Assembly (NCBI GenBank): GCA_047495785.1
Contig: JBLDXI010000013.1
Location: forward strand, 1,922,001 to 1,986,000
From: Lepidodermella squamata
Lineage: Eukaryota; Animalia; Gastrotricha
Direction: 5' to 3'
DNA length: 64,000 nt
Shown: in pieces, positions 51,203 to 63,037 of the stretch
Layout: every line of letters begins with the position of its first letter
How positions within the stretch are numbered: the stretch's first letter is position 1
Program-made: the position numbers and the translations under genes
Notes under the pieces: generated by a model
Databases searched by the model: none
What the model was told of the DNA's origin: nothing
The model's input: only the letters and a program-made list of their open reading frames with translations

Positions 51203-53756
51203 TCACATCGCGCGAGCTGCTACGGCCAGGCCGAGAGTTGTCGCGACGAGTAGGACGGTCGAAGTCGACGCAGCGACGCGTTCACTGCCGCTGATGCGAT
51301 TGCACTGTTGCCGGTAGCAATTTCCGAGATCAACCCTGGGAAAATAAAAATAAAAATATCAAGAGTATACATAAATTTTGGAAAAAAATCCCAGACATTT
51401 TCAAAAAATTAAATTAAAATTTTAGACCCAATTAGTCACGGATATATAATGCCTTACCGGGTGCAATAAGTGTAGCCAGTACCATCGGATTTCACGTTTT
51501 CAACGCAGCTGCTGTGGCACTGCTGTTTCACGTACGGATAGGCGATAGTGTTGACATCGAGCTATTAAAATAAATTAGAAAATTATCGTAAAAATTCCAT
51601 CTTAAAATAATTTTTCTCACGGGTAAAAGCCACACGTAAAAAGCAAGTTTGAAGCAATAGTAAGCTGGGGTTAAAGACAGAAACTTCGAGTAAAGCAAAG
51701 GCAATGGCCCCATTCAATTGGCATGTCGAAACTGGCTTGTAAACTTTGATTATTTGTGTTAATATTTTTTTAGCTTAATTTTGTCCACATTGACGGGGTT
51801 ATAGCCTTTCTCATCGTTGTTTTTTTTGCGATCGAAAAAAACTGCGATAAAAGTGTGCGAGCAGGTGATTAATAGAACTACAACAAAGGTGCGCGAGAAA
51901 TTTTCTGTTGTCTGATAATATGTTATTAATGCGGCGGGTAGGGTGCTTAATTTTGATTATTATGTTTTTTTCAGGTTGTTTTCATTTACCCGGCAGAACA
52001 TTTCGGGCGATGTACAATACTGAAAGTTATTCGCCAGTTCGCACGTCAGGCTATTGCCCTCGCAAACGAAGCATCGAAGAGCAGATGAAACTGCAATAAT
52101 AAAAGTTGACACAAAACATGTTTTAATTAAATTAATAAAAAAAGGATAAATTTAAGGTGAGCTAACTCATATTGATGGGAATGAATTTTTTTCGGAGAAA
52201 ATAACGATGAAACTCAGTATACAGGTGTAACATGGAAATGTGTGCACGAAAAGCGCGTGTGACTTTGATGCGTACGAAACGGATATTACTCTGGCCAAAG
52301 TGAACAAGAGCTCGAAAGATGCAATTTGATTATAAGGAATGCTCTTTCATATGCGTTCATTTTGACCTGAGCTGATGATTTACGAAAACGTCCGCCACCG
52401 GAGAACACAACACCTTGAACCAGAGTGAAGAGCTTTAAATATTGACTTGAATTTCGTGAACTCCCTTAACCCAATTATTTTCAATTAAAATGCTCTTTAC
52501 TCTGATTCATGCCTAAAACGAAATTTCGCGCGTACTTTACAAAACCGTTCGTTCTCATTGCAATAGTACTGGATGTTGGAGCGCTCGCACACGTCCGGCG
52601 TGCCGTAGCAGTAGTAGCAGCGCCGCGCGACCTGCGTCACGGCGGCCGTCGTCGGCGACACCGAGGTGGGCGCCAGTGTGGTGACGGCCGCCAGCATGGC
52701 CCGCCCGCCAGCCAGCAGGTTCGCCAGCGGTGTCGTCGACGAGGCGCCGGAGTGGTCGGCGTGCTCGCCGTAGTTGTGCGGCTGTTGGTTCGACGGGCCG
52801 GGAAACGCGCCCGGGTACGCGCTTTGCCTCATGCCGTGCAACTTCACGAGGCGCACAAACCTTTCGAACGATTCGTTGTGACTTTTAGCTACGGGTTACC
52901 ACAAATTTTAATATGCGTTAAAATTAATGCATTTTTCCGTAATTAAAATTATACCTAATGGTATTTTTCACAGGATAATCGGTTTGCATCCCCAAATCTA
53001 AGCTCTCATCCCCAAATTTAAGACGAGCATCCCCGTATCTAAGTTTATATCCCCAAAACGCAGTTTGTATCCTTAAACCCCGCTTTCGACTGAATACCAC
53101 ACACCCCAAATCTGGTATATTTAGGTTCCTGCGCAGTATTAATCTATCGTTGATCGGATCTCGGACTTATTTAGTGGAAAAAACATGGTTTGAGGACTCC
53201 AAAATTTAGATTCGTGGTATTCAGACGAAAGCGTAGTCGATGAAAACTGCGTTTTTGGAATATAAACTGGGATTTGAGAACGTTTTCTGTACTTCGAGGA
53301 TAAAAAGCTTAGATTTGGGGATACGCCCCATTTTAACTAATTTCTCAAGAGCGAGAGGAACTTTTTCGAATGTGAAAAAATTTGCCACATTATCTCCTTG
53401 CATTAGGTTTCCTATTTTATTAATTAATTGAGCTAAAATTACCGTGTTATTCATTACTGCGTTATTTCCAGATTTCTCAAATAAATAGAAAATAAGATCG
53501 AATTTACTGAAACAGAAGTTTCATCCAGCTTTATCACGAAATAATGATAGCAATTTGGCTTTCCAGGGTGATTCAATTTGAGGAGGAATTTAGTAGCTAA
53601 CTATTTCCGCCATATTATCAATGTTTTAGGAATAACACGGTAATTTTAGGCTCTTAGTTAAGATTAGAATATTATAGCTGTGATTTTTCAAAGTTTACCT
53701 GATGCAAGAGCTGCCAGAACGCCGATCGTCAAAAACACGTGTGAAGTTGGCGACAT
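51203..53756 (-). CDS. Ly6/uPAR GPI-anchored protein L4 with an N-terminal low-complexity extension (4 exons)
   Basis: Signal exon at 53756; exon 2 AKSHNESF..RRCYYCYGTPDVC..FCK; exon 3 LDVNTIAYPYVKQQCHSSC..YCTR; exon 4 VDLGNCYRQQCN plus hydrophobic tail. All junctions are in frame with GT-AG. Confidence 0.8.
52985..53325. mobile_element. Foldback/MITE-like element with internal ATCCCCAAAT subrepeats, in L4 intron 1
   Basis: atccccaaatctaagct vs agcttagatttggggat, and tttatatccccaaaacgcagttt vs aaactgcgtttttggaatataaa, are nested inverted pairs. Confidence 0.6.
53433..53649. mobile_element. Small MITE-like element with a 19 bp perfect inverted repeat
   Basis: ctaaaattaccgtgttatt (53433-53451) and aataacacggtaattttag (53631-53649). 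Confidence 0.6.
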
Positions 53757-56035
53757 TATCGCGGCGATTTCCAAGGCGATTATACGACAGTAGTAAAACT
53801 GTTCTACAAAAGATGGATGGGAAAAATTAAGGCGGATATTAACTGGTTTCGTATGCGGCGAAACTGAACGAAATAATTTTTGTCGGGCGGCGCGTGGACG
53901 CTAAACGTGATGAACGCTAGTCGAGCATGACCGCCAACAAACGCGCCCGAAAATTATGCTGTTGGTCGACGATGAAAAACTGGCGAAGATGAGTCGACTA
54001 AATAATATAATGACAACAAGAACAACAAAGACGACGAGTTGATGCGCCGCGGCTTTGTGGCCACTTGCCATTCGCGGCCTGAACAAATATGGTAGTAACT
54101 GGGCGTAGTAGTATAACTACGGGCCGATTTCTTGCTATATAGTCGGATTAGCCGGTAAAATTAGCTTGTTTCTGGGCGCGGTGTTGTGTTTTGTTATATA
54201 ACAACATAACAATGCAATGATAACGTCATAAACGTAGTTGACCGGCTATGAAAGTGATCTTTACAAGAACTGCGAGACTTGTTTATGGCGCGCGCTGGGT
54301 TTTGTAGTCACCCTACGGCGCTCAAGAGGAGTCGCCGCTCGGCCGCGCTTCGAGGCGCTCTCCGCCGCCTATCACTCACTCACTCAGTGGCGAGAAGAAG
54401 AAGAAGAAGGCGGCGTAAACACACCGCGGCCACAGGCAGCAGCAGCAGCACTTCGGTCGTGGTGGCTGTTTGTTGCCTCTGGACAAACACAATCACCCTG
54501 TACGCGCGATGAACAGCCGGCCGATATACAAGTACCCGCGCAACATGAGGCGCCTATTATTGCTATCTTCAGGGTATAATAAAAATACCGGTTTCGGGTT
54601 TCTGATATATCATGGCTATATGCAGTTTATTCCCGCTCGTTGTTGTTATCATCCTGCTGCTACCTTTTGATATTTATCCGCGGCGAGACGACGCTACGCA
54701 GAAAAAGCGCGGCGCAACGAGTTTTTGAGGAGCGCACGCCCAGGTAGTCGCCAGCCGTTTATTTGGCGACGCTTCAACATATCGCGAAATTGCCGACCGG
54801 TCTGCTGCTGTCAAGGATGGTGATGATGATGACGATGTGGACGATATAAGTTGAGAAGCGGCGCGGCTTCTTTTCCACAGGTTTGGCCTCGATTCCCCTC
54901 TCTATGCGTCTTTTTGTTATTTATCTACAATAATGGAGATGATAAATGATAATAAAACATCCTACCTGGATGGCGTAGTCCCTCGAGCGAAAGACTATAG
55001 ATGAGAGATAACACAAAATCCGAAAAATATGCCACAAATATTGTTGTCAACACGACAACAAAAGCGGGCTGTATCCTTATCCTATTATCCTATTGTATCC
55101 GATGATGCCTATTATCATTGTGGGACACTTTCCCATGAATAAGATTTAGGCTCATGAATAGCGAGATGGAGTATACTCGAAAATAAATGCTCAACATGAT
55201 TTTTCAAATTAATTAAAATAAATCTACCTTAAAACTGATAATAATGAGCGCAACGAATATAAATAGCGGCCGTATACCTGCAATAATGGGAAAATGTTGT
55301 ACATTTTGGACGTGACCTTGTGGGAAACTCTGCATTAGCATCTAGGACATATGTTCTGGCGTGTAAGAATTCGACAGATAGGGCATTCCGGGTGTACCTA
55401 TATTTACCGGGCTCTCGAAACGCCGCATAATGTTATTGCTGTTGTCAACAATAAATCGCCTGCGCGTCCTCACCGCGACACCGATTCGGGTCAACTCGTG
55501 CTCGGTGGAAATCGTTGCGCAACCAACTAATAATCCCACTATATGCTATATAGATAGAAGATGCGACAATATGTTAACTGCTGCTCATCCTGCACTTTGT
55601 TTGACCATTTGCTAATCATGTTGATCGTAGCACTTCACCGTCTTCTTTGTGCCCTGTTTAACACCGCCTTGGCAATTATTAACGATCGCAAATGAGGTGT
55701 ATAGGGTGACTCATCAGTAATCGAAATAACCAAAGAAATAATAAAATTTTTGCCTTACCGTGATTCATTTTTTTTACTTATGTGACTGACCACACTCATT
55801 GAGAAGATACCTGAATACGTCACTGAGAAAAAAATCATGTAAAACGTGACCAGCGTGGACAAGTAGGCTTGTTATTGCGACATAATGAGGGCATCGATAG
55901 CCCACGTTTTTGGGGGCGTTTTCAGCATACGGAGCCAAGAAACCTGGTATTTAAGAGGATGAATTTCACGTTAAAATTCATCGAATATTTGAAGCGATAT
56001 TAAACATTCAACAATTTTGTTTATCATTTAAAATT

Positions 56036-56503
56036 ATGTCTCGCATTTTGATCATCTGTGCTGTTTTGGCCGTCGCCTGTGTCTTCGCTGACCCGGCTGG
56101 TAATCAACGAGGTCAAGGCAATGTGCTAGTCGGAGCTCAAGCCGGTCATTTGTCTGCCGGTCTCGGCGCACGAGTTGGAGCCAACGCCTCATCGTCATCG
56201 CCCAGGCCTCAAAAGCCGGCTATCCAGTGGCTGAAATACAACCAATGCGTGTGCTATTGCGCCGATATGCCTCAGTTCAACCAGACCAATAATCAAAATC
56301 AGCAACAGCAGCAGCAGGGTGTCCGCCAACAACAGGGCGGTAGCAATAACCAGCGCCAACAGCAACAACAACGCCAGCCCGAGCGAGGCCAGCACGGCGC
56401 GGGCTTCTTTAAGCCACCAGTCAATGAAACATCCATCGAGTTCAGCTCATCGGACTACAAAGTCCGCCCTGGATGCTACTGCGCCTGTCCTAATGTTCAG
56501 TAG
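56036..56503 (+). CDS. Secreted Gln/Asn-rich protein with two CxCxC motifs, unknown family
   Basis: Signal peptide MSRILIICAVLAVACVFA; CVCYC - polyQ - CYCAC; coding-like codon usage; AATAAA at ~56581. Confidence 0.8.
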   Translation: MSRILIICAVLAVACVFADPAGNQRGQGNVLVGAQAGHLSAGLGARVGANASSSSPRPQKPAIQWLKYNQCVCYCADMPQFNQTNNQNQQQQQQGVRQQQGGSNNQRQQQQQRQPERGQHGAGFFKPPVNETSIEFSSSDYKVRPGCYCACPNVQ

Positions 56504-56841
56504 TAAAAAACCCTCATTTTTTTCCCGAATTTTCTCCACCAACTGGCTTGGAATTAATTACTGTTTCTTTATAATGAGAAAATAAATCATAACATGCGCA
56601 GTCATGGGATCTTGCTTTATTAATGGCACCATTGCCAAAACGGTATTATCTATAAAACCGCAGGCTTGTTTGTTTTAACAAGCGCAGGTGTTCCGTTTTA
56701 CGTATCTGTTATAGTAGTTTTGCTCACTCTTTGTCCACGTGAAGAAGCGATAAGATATAACCACGCTCATTCACTCAATTTTTTCTGCCCTATTTTTCAT
56801 CGAAGCTCTCTATTGTTATTGCTTAAAAACACAACTCAACA

Positions 56842-57792
56842 ATGGCCGATGAAGAATGGAGTGTTAGTGGTAAAGTTTGCATTATAACCGGCGCCAATAC
56901 CGGAATCGGGAAAATCACCGCATTGGAACTGGTCAAGCGGGGCGTGGCGAAAATTATCCTAGCATGTCGAAACGTAACCGCGGCCGAAGAGGCGGCGAAG
57001 GACATTCGCGAAAAAGCTGGAATAAGCGACGAAAATGACGGAAAAAATCGCGTCGCGGTTAAACACCTCGATCTAGCCAGCCTTGCATCTGTCAAACGAT
57101 TCGCCGAGGACATTCTAGCAACTGAGCCGAAACTTCATTTGCTTATCAACAACGCCGGGCTTGAATCGCCAAATCAACGCAAGGTGACTGAAGATGGGCA
57201 TGAACTAACGTTTCAGACCAACCACCTCGGCCATTTCTACCTCACGAATTTACTACTGGATTTGCTGGTCAAGTCGAAGCCGAGCCGTGTTGTTGTCGTT
57301 GCGTCACAGGCGTATCTTGGCACGTGGCCAAGTGGCTACGACATCTCAGATGTCGAAAGTGAGAAGGGTGTTTTCGGTTATTCTGGCTCGAAGGCTTATC
57401 AGCAGTCGAAACTGGCTAACATTTTCTTCGCGAGGACTTTGCATAAACGACTGAATGGTGGCTACGACGTTGTTGGAGCTCCGAGTGGCGTTTCGGTGTT
57501 CAGCCTTCACCCGGGCGTGGTTAGGTCGGACTTTCTTCGGTACCGACCTAATTTCACGGCGCTGCATATTTTGTTCTTTTTCACGGCGATTTCGGTGGAA
57601 GATGGGGCGAAAACGTCTGTGTATTGCGCTTCTGAGCCTAAAATCGAACATCACTCTGGCAAGTACTTTGACAACTGCAAGCAGACCGGCCTTTGGGCTA
57701 TTGGGCGAAACGAGGCGAAAGCTGAAGCGTTGTGGGAGCTGAGCCAAAAATTCATCGACGATTTTCTGGCTAAGCAGAACAACTCGAGTTAA
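56842..57792 (+). CDS. Short-chain dehydrogenase/reductase, retinol dehydrogenase (RDH11-14)-like, intronless
   Basis: TGANTGIG, LDLASL, LINNAG, QTNHLGHF, YQQSKLAN (YxxxK), HPGVV. Confidence 0.93.
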   Translation: MADEEWSVSGKVCIITGANTGIGKITALELVKRGVAKIILACRNVTAAEEAAKDIREKAGISDENDGKNRVAVKHLDLASLASVKRFAEDILATEPKLHLLINNAGLESPNQRKVTEDGHELTFQTNHLGHFYLTNLLLDLLVKSKPSRVVVVASQAYLGTWPSGYDISDVESEKGVFGYSGSKAYQQSKLANIFFARTLHKRLNGGYDVVGAPSGVSVFSLHPGVVRSDFLRYRPNFTALHILFFFTAISVEDGAKTSVYCASEPKIEHHSGKYFDNCKQTGLWAIGRNEAKAEALWELSQKFIDDFLAKQNNSS

Positions 57793-57946
57793 TGATAAAT
57801 AAAATAAATTTGTTCTTTGAAATTCAATCTCTTTTATTGCTGTCATAAACTTTGAAGGTAAACGAAAATCATAACTTGGGGGAGAAATTTTAATAATTTA
57901 ATCATGCATGATGACAAGTTTTTTAAAGTTCTTCAATAGCGATGGT

Positions 57947-59412
57947 TTACAGGTACTGGCTGATGGCAGCAGTTCCAGTCGAGTGGAGGGCCGAAATGGT
58001 GGCGGCATCGAGGGCGAAAGTTGAGGCGAAGACGGTGTCGATGTGGCCCAGGAAGGTTCCGAGGGCTTGGTCGTTGCCAAGGACAACCGGGCAGTGGGCA
58101 ATGGTGAAGGCACCGCCGACGAATTCAGTATCGACAAGGTTCTGAAATTGTTAAAATTAAACCAAACAAATTTGATAAAAATGTTAAGACTTACGCCGTT
58201 GAGGTAGAGGCGAGCGGCGTTGCCGTCGTAGGTGACACCGAAGCTGTTCCAGCCGTTGGCGGGGACGGTGAAGGTGCCAGTCAGGGTGATGGTGTTGACC
58301 GGGTGCCAGAAGTTGAGCTTGGCGACGAAGTTGTTGCCGGACTGAACGCCGAAGACGAAGGTGAACTCGGACGAGCTCGAGTCCTTGTTGTTCGACCAGA
58401 TGCCGCCGTTGAAGTTGCAAGCGTTGTTGGCCTGGCTGTCGCAGCTGAGAACGCCACAGATTTTAATTTGAAATTTAGAAAATAATTGAAACTTTTACCG
58501 GAAGTGAGAGAACCAGGTTCCAGCGCTGCGGAAGTCGAAGCTCTTGAAGGCGGGGATCGAAAGGCGGGCGTTGTTGTTCGGAATGTTCAGCGAACCACCG
58601 GTAGCAGAGTTAGCCGACACGCCGTTGGTAACCTCAGCGCCGCCGATGAGCTCAAGGGCGAAGTTGTTGATCGACAGATCCTTGAGGGAGTTCGGCGGGT
58701 TGAAGTTGACGAAGAGAGTCGCCTTGCGGTTGGTCTGGGTCGGCGGGACGGTGGCTCCGTTCTCAATGTTGCAGCGGCAGGTGCCCAGGTCGAACGAGAC
58801 GCCGACAGGGCAGTACAGCTTTTCGGTGGCATGGCCCTCGTTGTCGATTTGGACGTAGGCGTTGGCCTCACCGGCGACGACGGAGATGTAGCGGCCGAAC
58901 GAGTCCTGGCAGACGGTGGCATTGAACTGGGTGGCCGGGGCGACTGAGGTCGGGACAGCCGGGGCGTCCTGGACGCAGGCGTCGTTGCAGGTGGCCGACT
59001 CGTCGCAGCCGCAGGTGGCCTGGTTGAACGAGGTGCCAGCCGGGCAGCACATGCCGAACGAGCCGGTGTTGGAGCAGACGAAGAACTGACGGCAGCCAGA
59101 GCCAGCGTAGCACTTGTTGGCGGCAGTGGCGTCGGACAGGCAGCGGTCCTGGCAGGCAACGGCGCCCTCGGGCATGCAGGTCATGACGGCATCGTGCCAG
59201 AATTGGCCCTGGGGGCACTTGCGGAGCTGGCCGGTAGCGTAGGTCTCGTTGATGTACTGGCACTGGTAGTAGTTGTGGCAGTCGGCGGGGTCGGCGTACA
59301 GGTCCTTGTTGTTACGGCGGCTACGGCAGCCGAAGCAGAACGCCGAGGCGTCGCTTTGGGCGTAGGTCGACTCAACAGCGACCAAAACAGCAAGAAGGCA
59401 CCAGTACAGCAT
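57947..59412 (-). CDS. Secreted chitin-binding (ChtBD2/peritrophin-A) + LamG/ConA-like protein, Pif-like architecture (3 exons)
   Basis: Signal peptide; ADPADCHNYYQC..CPQGQFWH..C and CCPAGTSFNQATCGC; C-terminal LamG-like WNSFGVTYDG..LYLNG..FLGHID. Confidence 0.85.
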
Positions 59413-59999
59413 TTTAGCTAATTCTTCTCAAAAGGTAGAAACTAAACTGATCGAATCGTTCGAATTGATGCTCATCCACGGTTAGAGGGCCGGTTTTTAA
59501 CACGTTGATGCGCCTGGCCACGCGCCATTTGCGAAACAATACGTAAATAGAAATCGTGTGCCGGTGTGCCTCAGGCACGGCTTTGGGGCACGTGCGACGA
59601 TTGAGGCGGCGCTGTCATCGTACAACGGCGGGAGATGATTCGACTTTAGAAAAGTGGGAATCGTCATCCCTTTTTTTATGTATTTGCACCTCGGGTCACG
59701 GATGATTGAATCACCTTATATCACGCACGAATTGTTCAGATTTCATGAAAATTTCATCCAGGAAAGAAATTTAGGTAAGGTCAATGATTTAATGTTTTTC
59801 GAAGCTATAGCCGATACTAACTTTACTCGAATTTTCCGAAAATCAGTCAATTATTTTATTGACCCTTTTTGCTAAAATACAATTTTTCGATCGGAAAATC
59901 GCAGTAGAAGTCCTACTTCGAGTAACGTTGACCTTTCATTCTGGTAATTATTTTTGTAATAAATATAAGCATGAGTCAGCTTCTTCCATTTCGAGTCGC

Positions 60000-60792
60000 C
60001 TACAGTTTCAGCTCGATTTCATTGATCGATAGGCAGAAAAGGACGCGACGACCAGCATTTGGATCTTTGATCGTCACCTTAGCTTTGTACTTGCCGCTCG
60101 CTAAAAGGCCAGCACTAAAAGTCAAAAAGTGGTGAAGTCCAAAAACAATGAATTTCATTCAAATGTATATACATGTATGTATGTACATTCCAGCATCTAA
60201 TTTGGGTAGATCGAAAGATGTGGAAATATCTTTGAGCTCGACGGGCAGGAACGGGCACAGGCTTTCGATCGAAATGCCAAAAGCATCAGTTATTAATTTG
60301 ATTATTCCGGAATCAGAATCGCTTTCCAGCGCATTTCCAAGAAGAGCACAAATGTCTTCGTAGGTGCAAGAGCCAAGCTTGTTCATACATGGAATAGTGG
60401 CCCAACCGACGATAGTTTTTCTCTCAATCTTCAGAGTAGCTTCAAAGTTGTCATATTTTCTGGTTAGAGCTAGCAGATCGATTGCTATTGGCAGAGCCCC
60501 AGGGAGTCTGATGGTGTAAGGAAGCTGAAGGTTATTCAGCACGATAGACCCATCTCCACCGCCTTAAAATAACACAAAAATTGTTATTTAGCTCTCAAAT
60601 TTTAAATCGAAGCGAACAAGTTGAAACGGAGGCCATTTTCTGGCCATAGACGACCGGGGCGGTGAAGTTGGCTTTGTAGAGCTTGGCAATACCAGGCATC
60701 AGGTCGTAGTTTTCGGCCTCATCCAGCAGTTCGATCGGATCGGCTAAGGCGACGGCCAAAATGAAGGCGAGAGCTAGGAATGATGATTTCAT
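60000..60792 (-). CDS. ML-domain lipid-binding protein, GM2-activator-like, copy 1 (3 exons)
   Basis: Signal peptide; IPCMNKLGSCTYEDIC; SLCPF; ASGKYKAKVT..LFCLS. Confidence 0.88.
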
Positions 60793-61900
60793 GTTGAATT
60801 ACTAAGCGATGTTTTTGACTAATATGGAAATTTAACGCGATCTGAGCGTACTTAAATAGGTGCGCATGTTCTGGACGCGGACTGCGCTGATAAAGAAATG
60901 TCCCCTTATCTCTCGCTGCCGACGGCGTGATCATGTTGTTCTTCGCGCACAACGGCTTCTCCGTCTACCAGCACTGGCAAGTGATTCGGTGTATCATAAC
61001 AATTTTCGTTGTAAATTGTCGACATTTCACGATTGTACACTTTCAATGTGACAAATACAATAATACGGAATTGCGAGTTGGAGTTCGTCGGGTTCAACTT
61101 TCGATGGCTCCATTGTAGCCGGGGTCCTAAAACGGGTCCTCGCGATTATTGTTCAATTTTTCAGTTCAAAATCATCCAGCACAATAATTTTAGAGCGCAA
61201 TATCAAATAACATTTATAAAAGGTGAAAGGTTTCATTGCCGGAATTACCTTTCACAAATATTTTTTCATTAAATTCGAGCTGGAAACATGAAAGAATTGG
61301 CAGATGACTAGTTTTCGGTTTTATCGCTCGGTTCAAGTTAAGTGAAGGAACCAGGATCGAATCTCCCTCATCCCCGCGCGGGTTTCACCAATCAATCGCT
61401 TTAAAATCGAGAATTGTGAGGCAGTGGTGAGTCAGCAATAGTCGAATCCCGTCATACGGCAATATTTATCTCCTGACTTCTACAACGGAATGCATTTCGA
61501 TTAGGTAGGCTAATGACAAGCCTGGGGCCGCGAACGACGCAACGACATGCCTAATAAGGTCCGACGAGCATCCGAGAGGACTGTGCTGGTTTAGGCGATT
61601 TAGACGTTGGTTCCTCTGAGCATTACGGCCATAGAGGAATATGGCCACCCGCGTCTTGGACCTTAAGCGGTGGCCGCGGGCGTATCCGTGTATGGAAGCT
61701 CGGAATCGAAAGTCGACATAACTTAAGGAAAGAGCCACAGGGCTTAAGCCAAAAACAGAAACAGAAATCGTCGTAAAATACCGCCACCTATGGCGCTGGC
61801 AAAGCCGAAAAATATCGAGGTATAAAAATCGACGGTGGCGTGCAAAAAACGTGAGAAGCACAGAGTATATGTAGAGAAAACAGCAGCCTAGTACATTTAT

Positions 61901-62084
61901 CACTCTAAAAAAAGTCGCGTAATAGGCCCAAAAAGAATAGGGACGCGGGAAGAACTTTGTCACGCTATTTCTAAGGGACAAATAGAGTGTCCCTTTCTAT
62001 TTTGAATTGCCCTTTAGAAACAACAAAGCTCTTCCCGCGTCCCCATTCTTTTTGGGCCGCTATTACGCGACTTTTTTTAGAGCG
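61901..62084. mobile_element. Palindromic MITE, CACT-terminated (CMC/EnSpm-like), 2 bp TSD AT
   Basis: cactctaaaaaaagtcgcgtaata..gggacgcgggaaga is mirrored by tcttcccgcgtcccc..tattacgcgactttttttagagcg; 'at' flanks both ends. Confidence 0.75.
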
Positions 62085-63037
62085 ATGCGAGCATCGTTAG
62101 TAATAAAAGCGCGTGATCAATAAATAGGTCAAACAACTGGGCCAACTGGTCAATAAATTGTTTTCTGAAATTTGAAAGACTTAAAATTCCAGAAAATTAA
62201 CGCAAATTCAGATTAGATCTCTGGATAGCCCATAGGATTGTTACTTCTTCGGAGAAAAAATCGAGAAAATTGAAGGTGGTCTTCTGAGATAAACTGAGGT
62301 GAAGAAGCCACCTGAAATCACTTGCGTTAATTTTGCCGTAATTCTTGTACAGGGAGGCCAAAAAATAGAAAGTGAATTCGATTCGTATCATTTTAATGAA
62401 GAGTTTAAAGAAATTGAGGAGTTCCATTGGCTTCCTCATTAAAATTGATGCTCATTGAATTCGCCTTATACGGAATTTTTTGGCCACCCACTAGAGCTCT
62501 TGAAAAGTGAAAAAACCGGTCACGCGACCAACAACTCTTGATGAATCATTTCATCGCACAATAAAATGTACTAGCGTGTCAGATCTCTGTTTTCTATTTC
62601 TCTATGGAGATGATTCGCCTTAAGAAAAGTGGGAACCTTACTACGTAAGTACACTAATTGCATCCTGCATGCCCAGCACCTCATTTCTCGCATCTTTTTA
62701 TCAAGAAATTTCTTTCATAATTCATGGAAATCTCATCCAAATGTTAAGGTCGAAGTTTAGGTCGGGTCTATTATCAAATGTTTTTCGAAGCTATACCCCG
62801 TACCAACCTTAATCGAATTCGCTTTCTGACCCGCCGTGAATGCTCCGGTATATTGCGGAAATCAGTTAATTGTTTCATTAATATAATAATTTGCAGACCC
62901 TTTTATTTCGCTGATAGATATATAATTTTTCAATAAATCTTATTCCGAGTAATGTTCCTTTCATCCTAGTAATATATCTATAATGTAATAGATATGTAAG
63001 AGCTTAAGTCAGTTAGAATCGCTCCACCTCCAGTCGC

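Noticed and set aside
52985-53110. Regularly spaced ATCCCCAAA repeats resembling a CRISPR-like array
   Set aside because: Units are short and degenerate, form one arm of an intronic foldback element, and the context is eukaryotic with no cas genes.
53800-55900. ORFs and simple repeats upstream of L4
   Set aside because: No splice-consistent gene model or recognisable motif.
58184-59421. Several long overlapping ORFs (58486+, 58544+, 58587-, 58868-, 59194+)
   Set aside because: Shadow frames of the GC3-rich chitin-binding gene, with no motifs of their own.
61466-61981. 171 aa minus-strand ORF
   Set aside because: Starts inside a palindromic MITE and has no recognisable domain.
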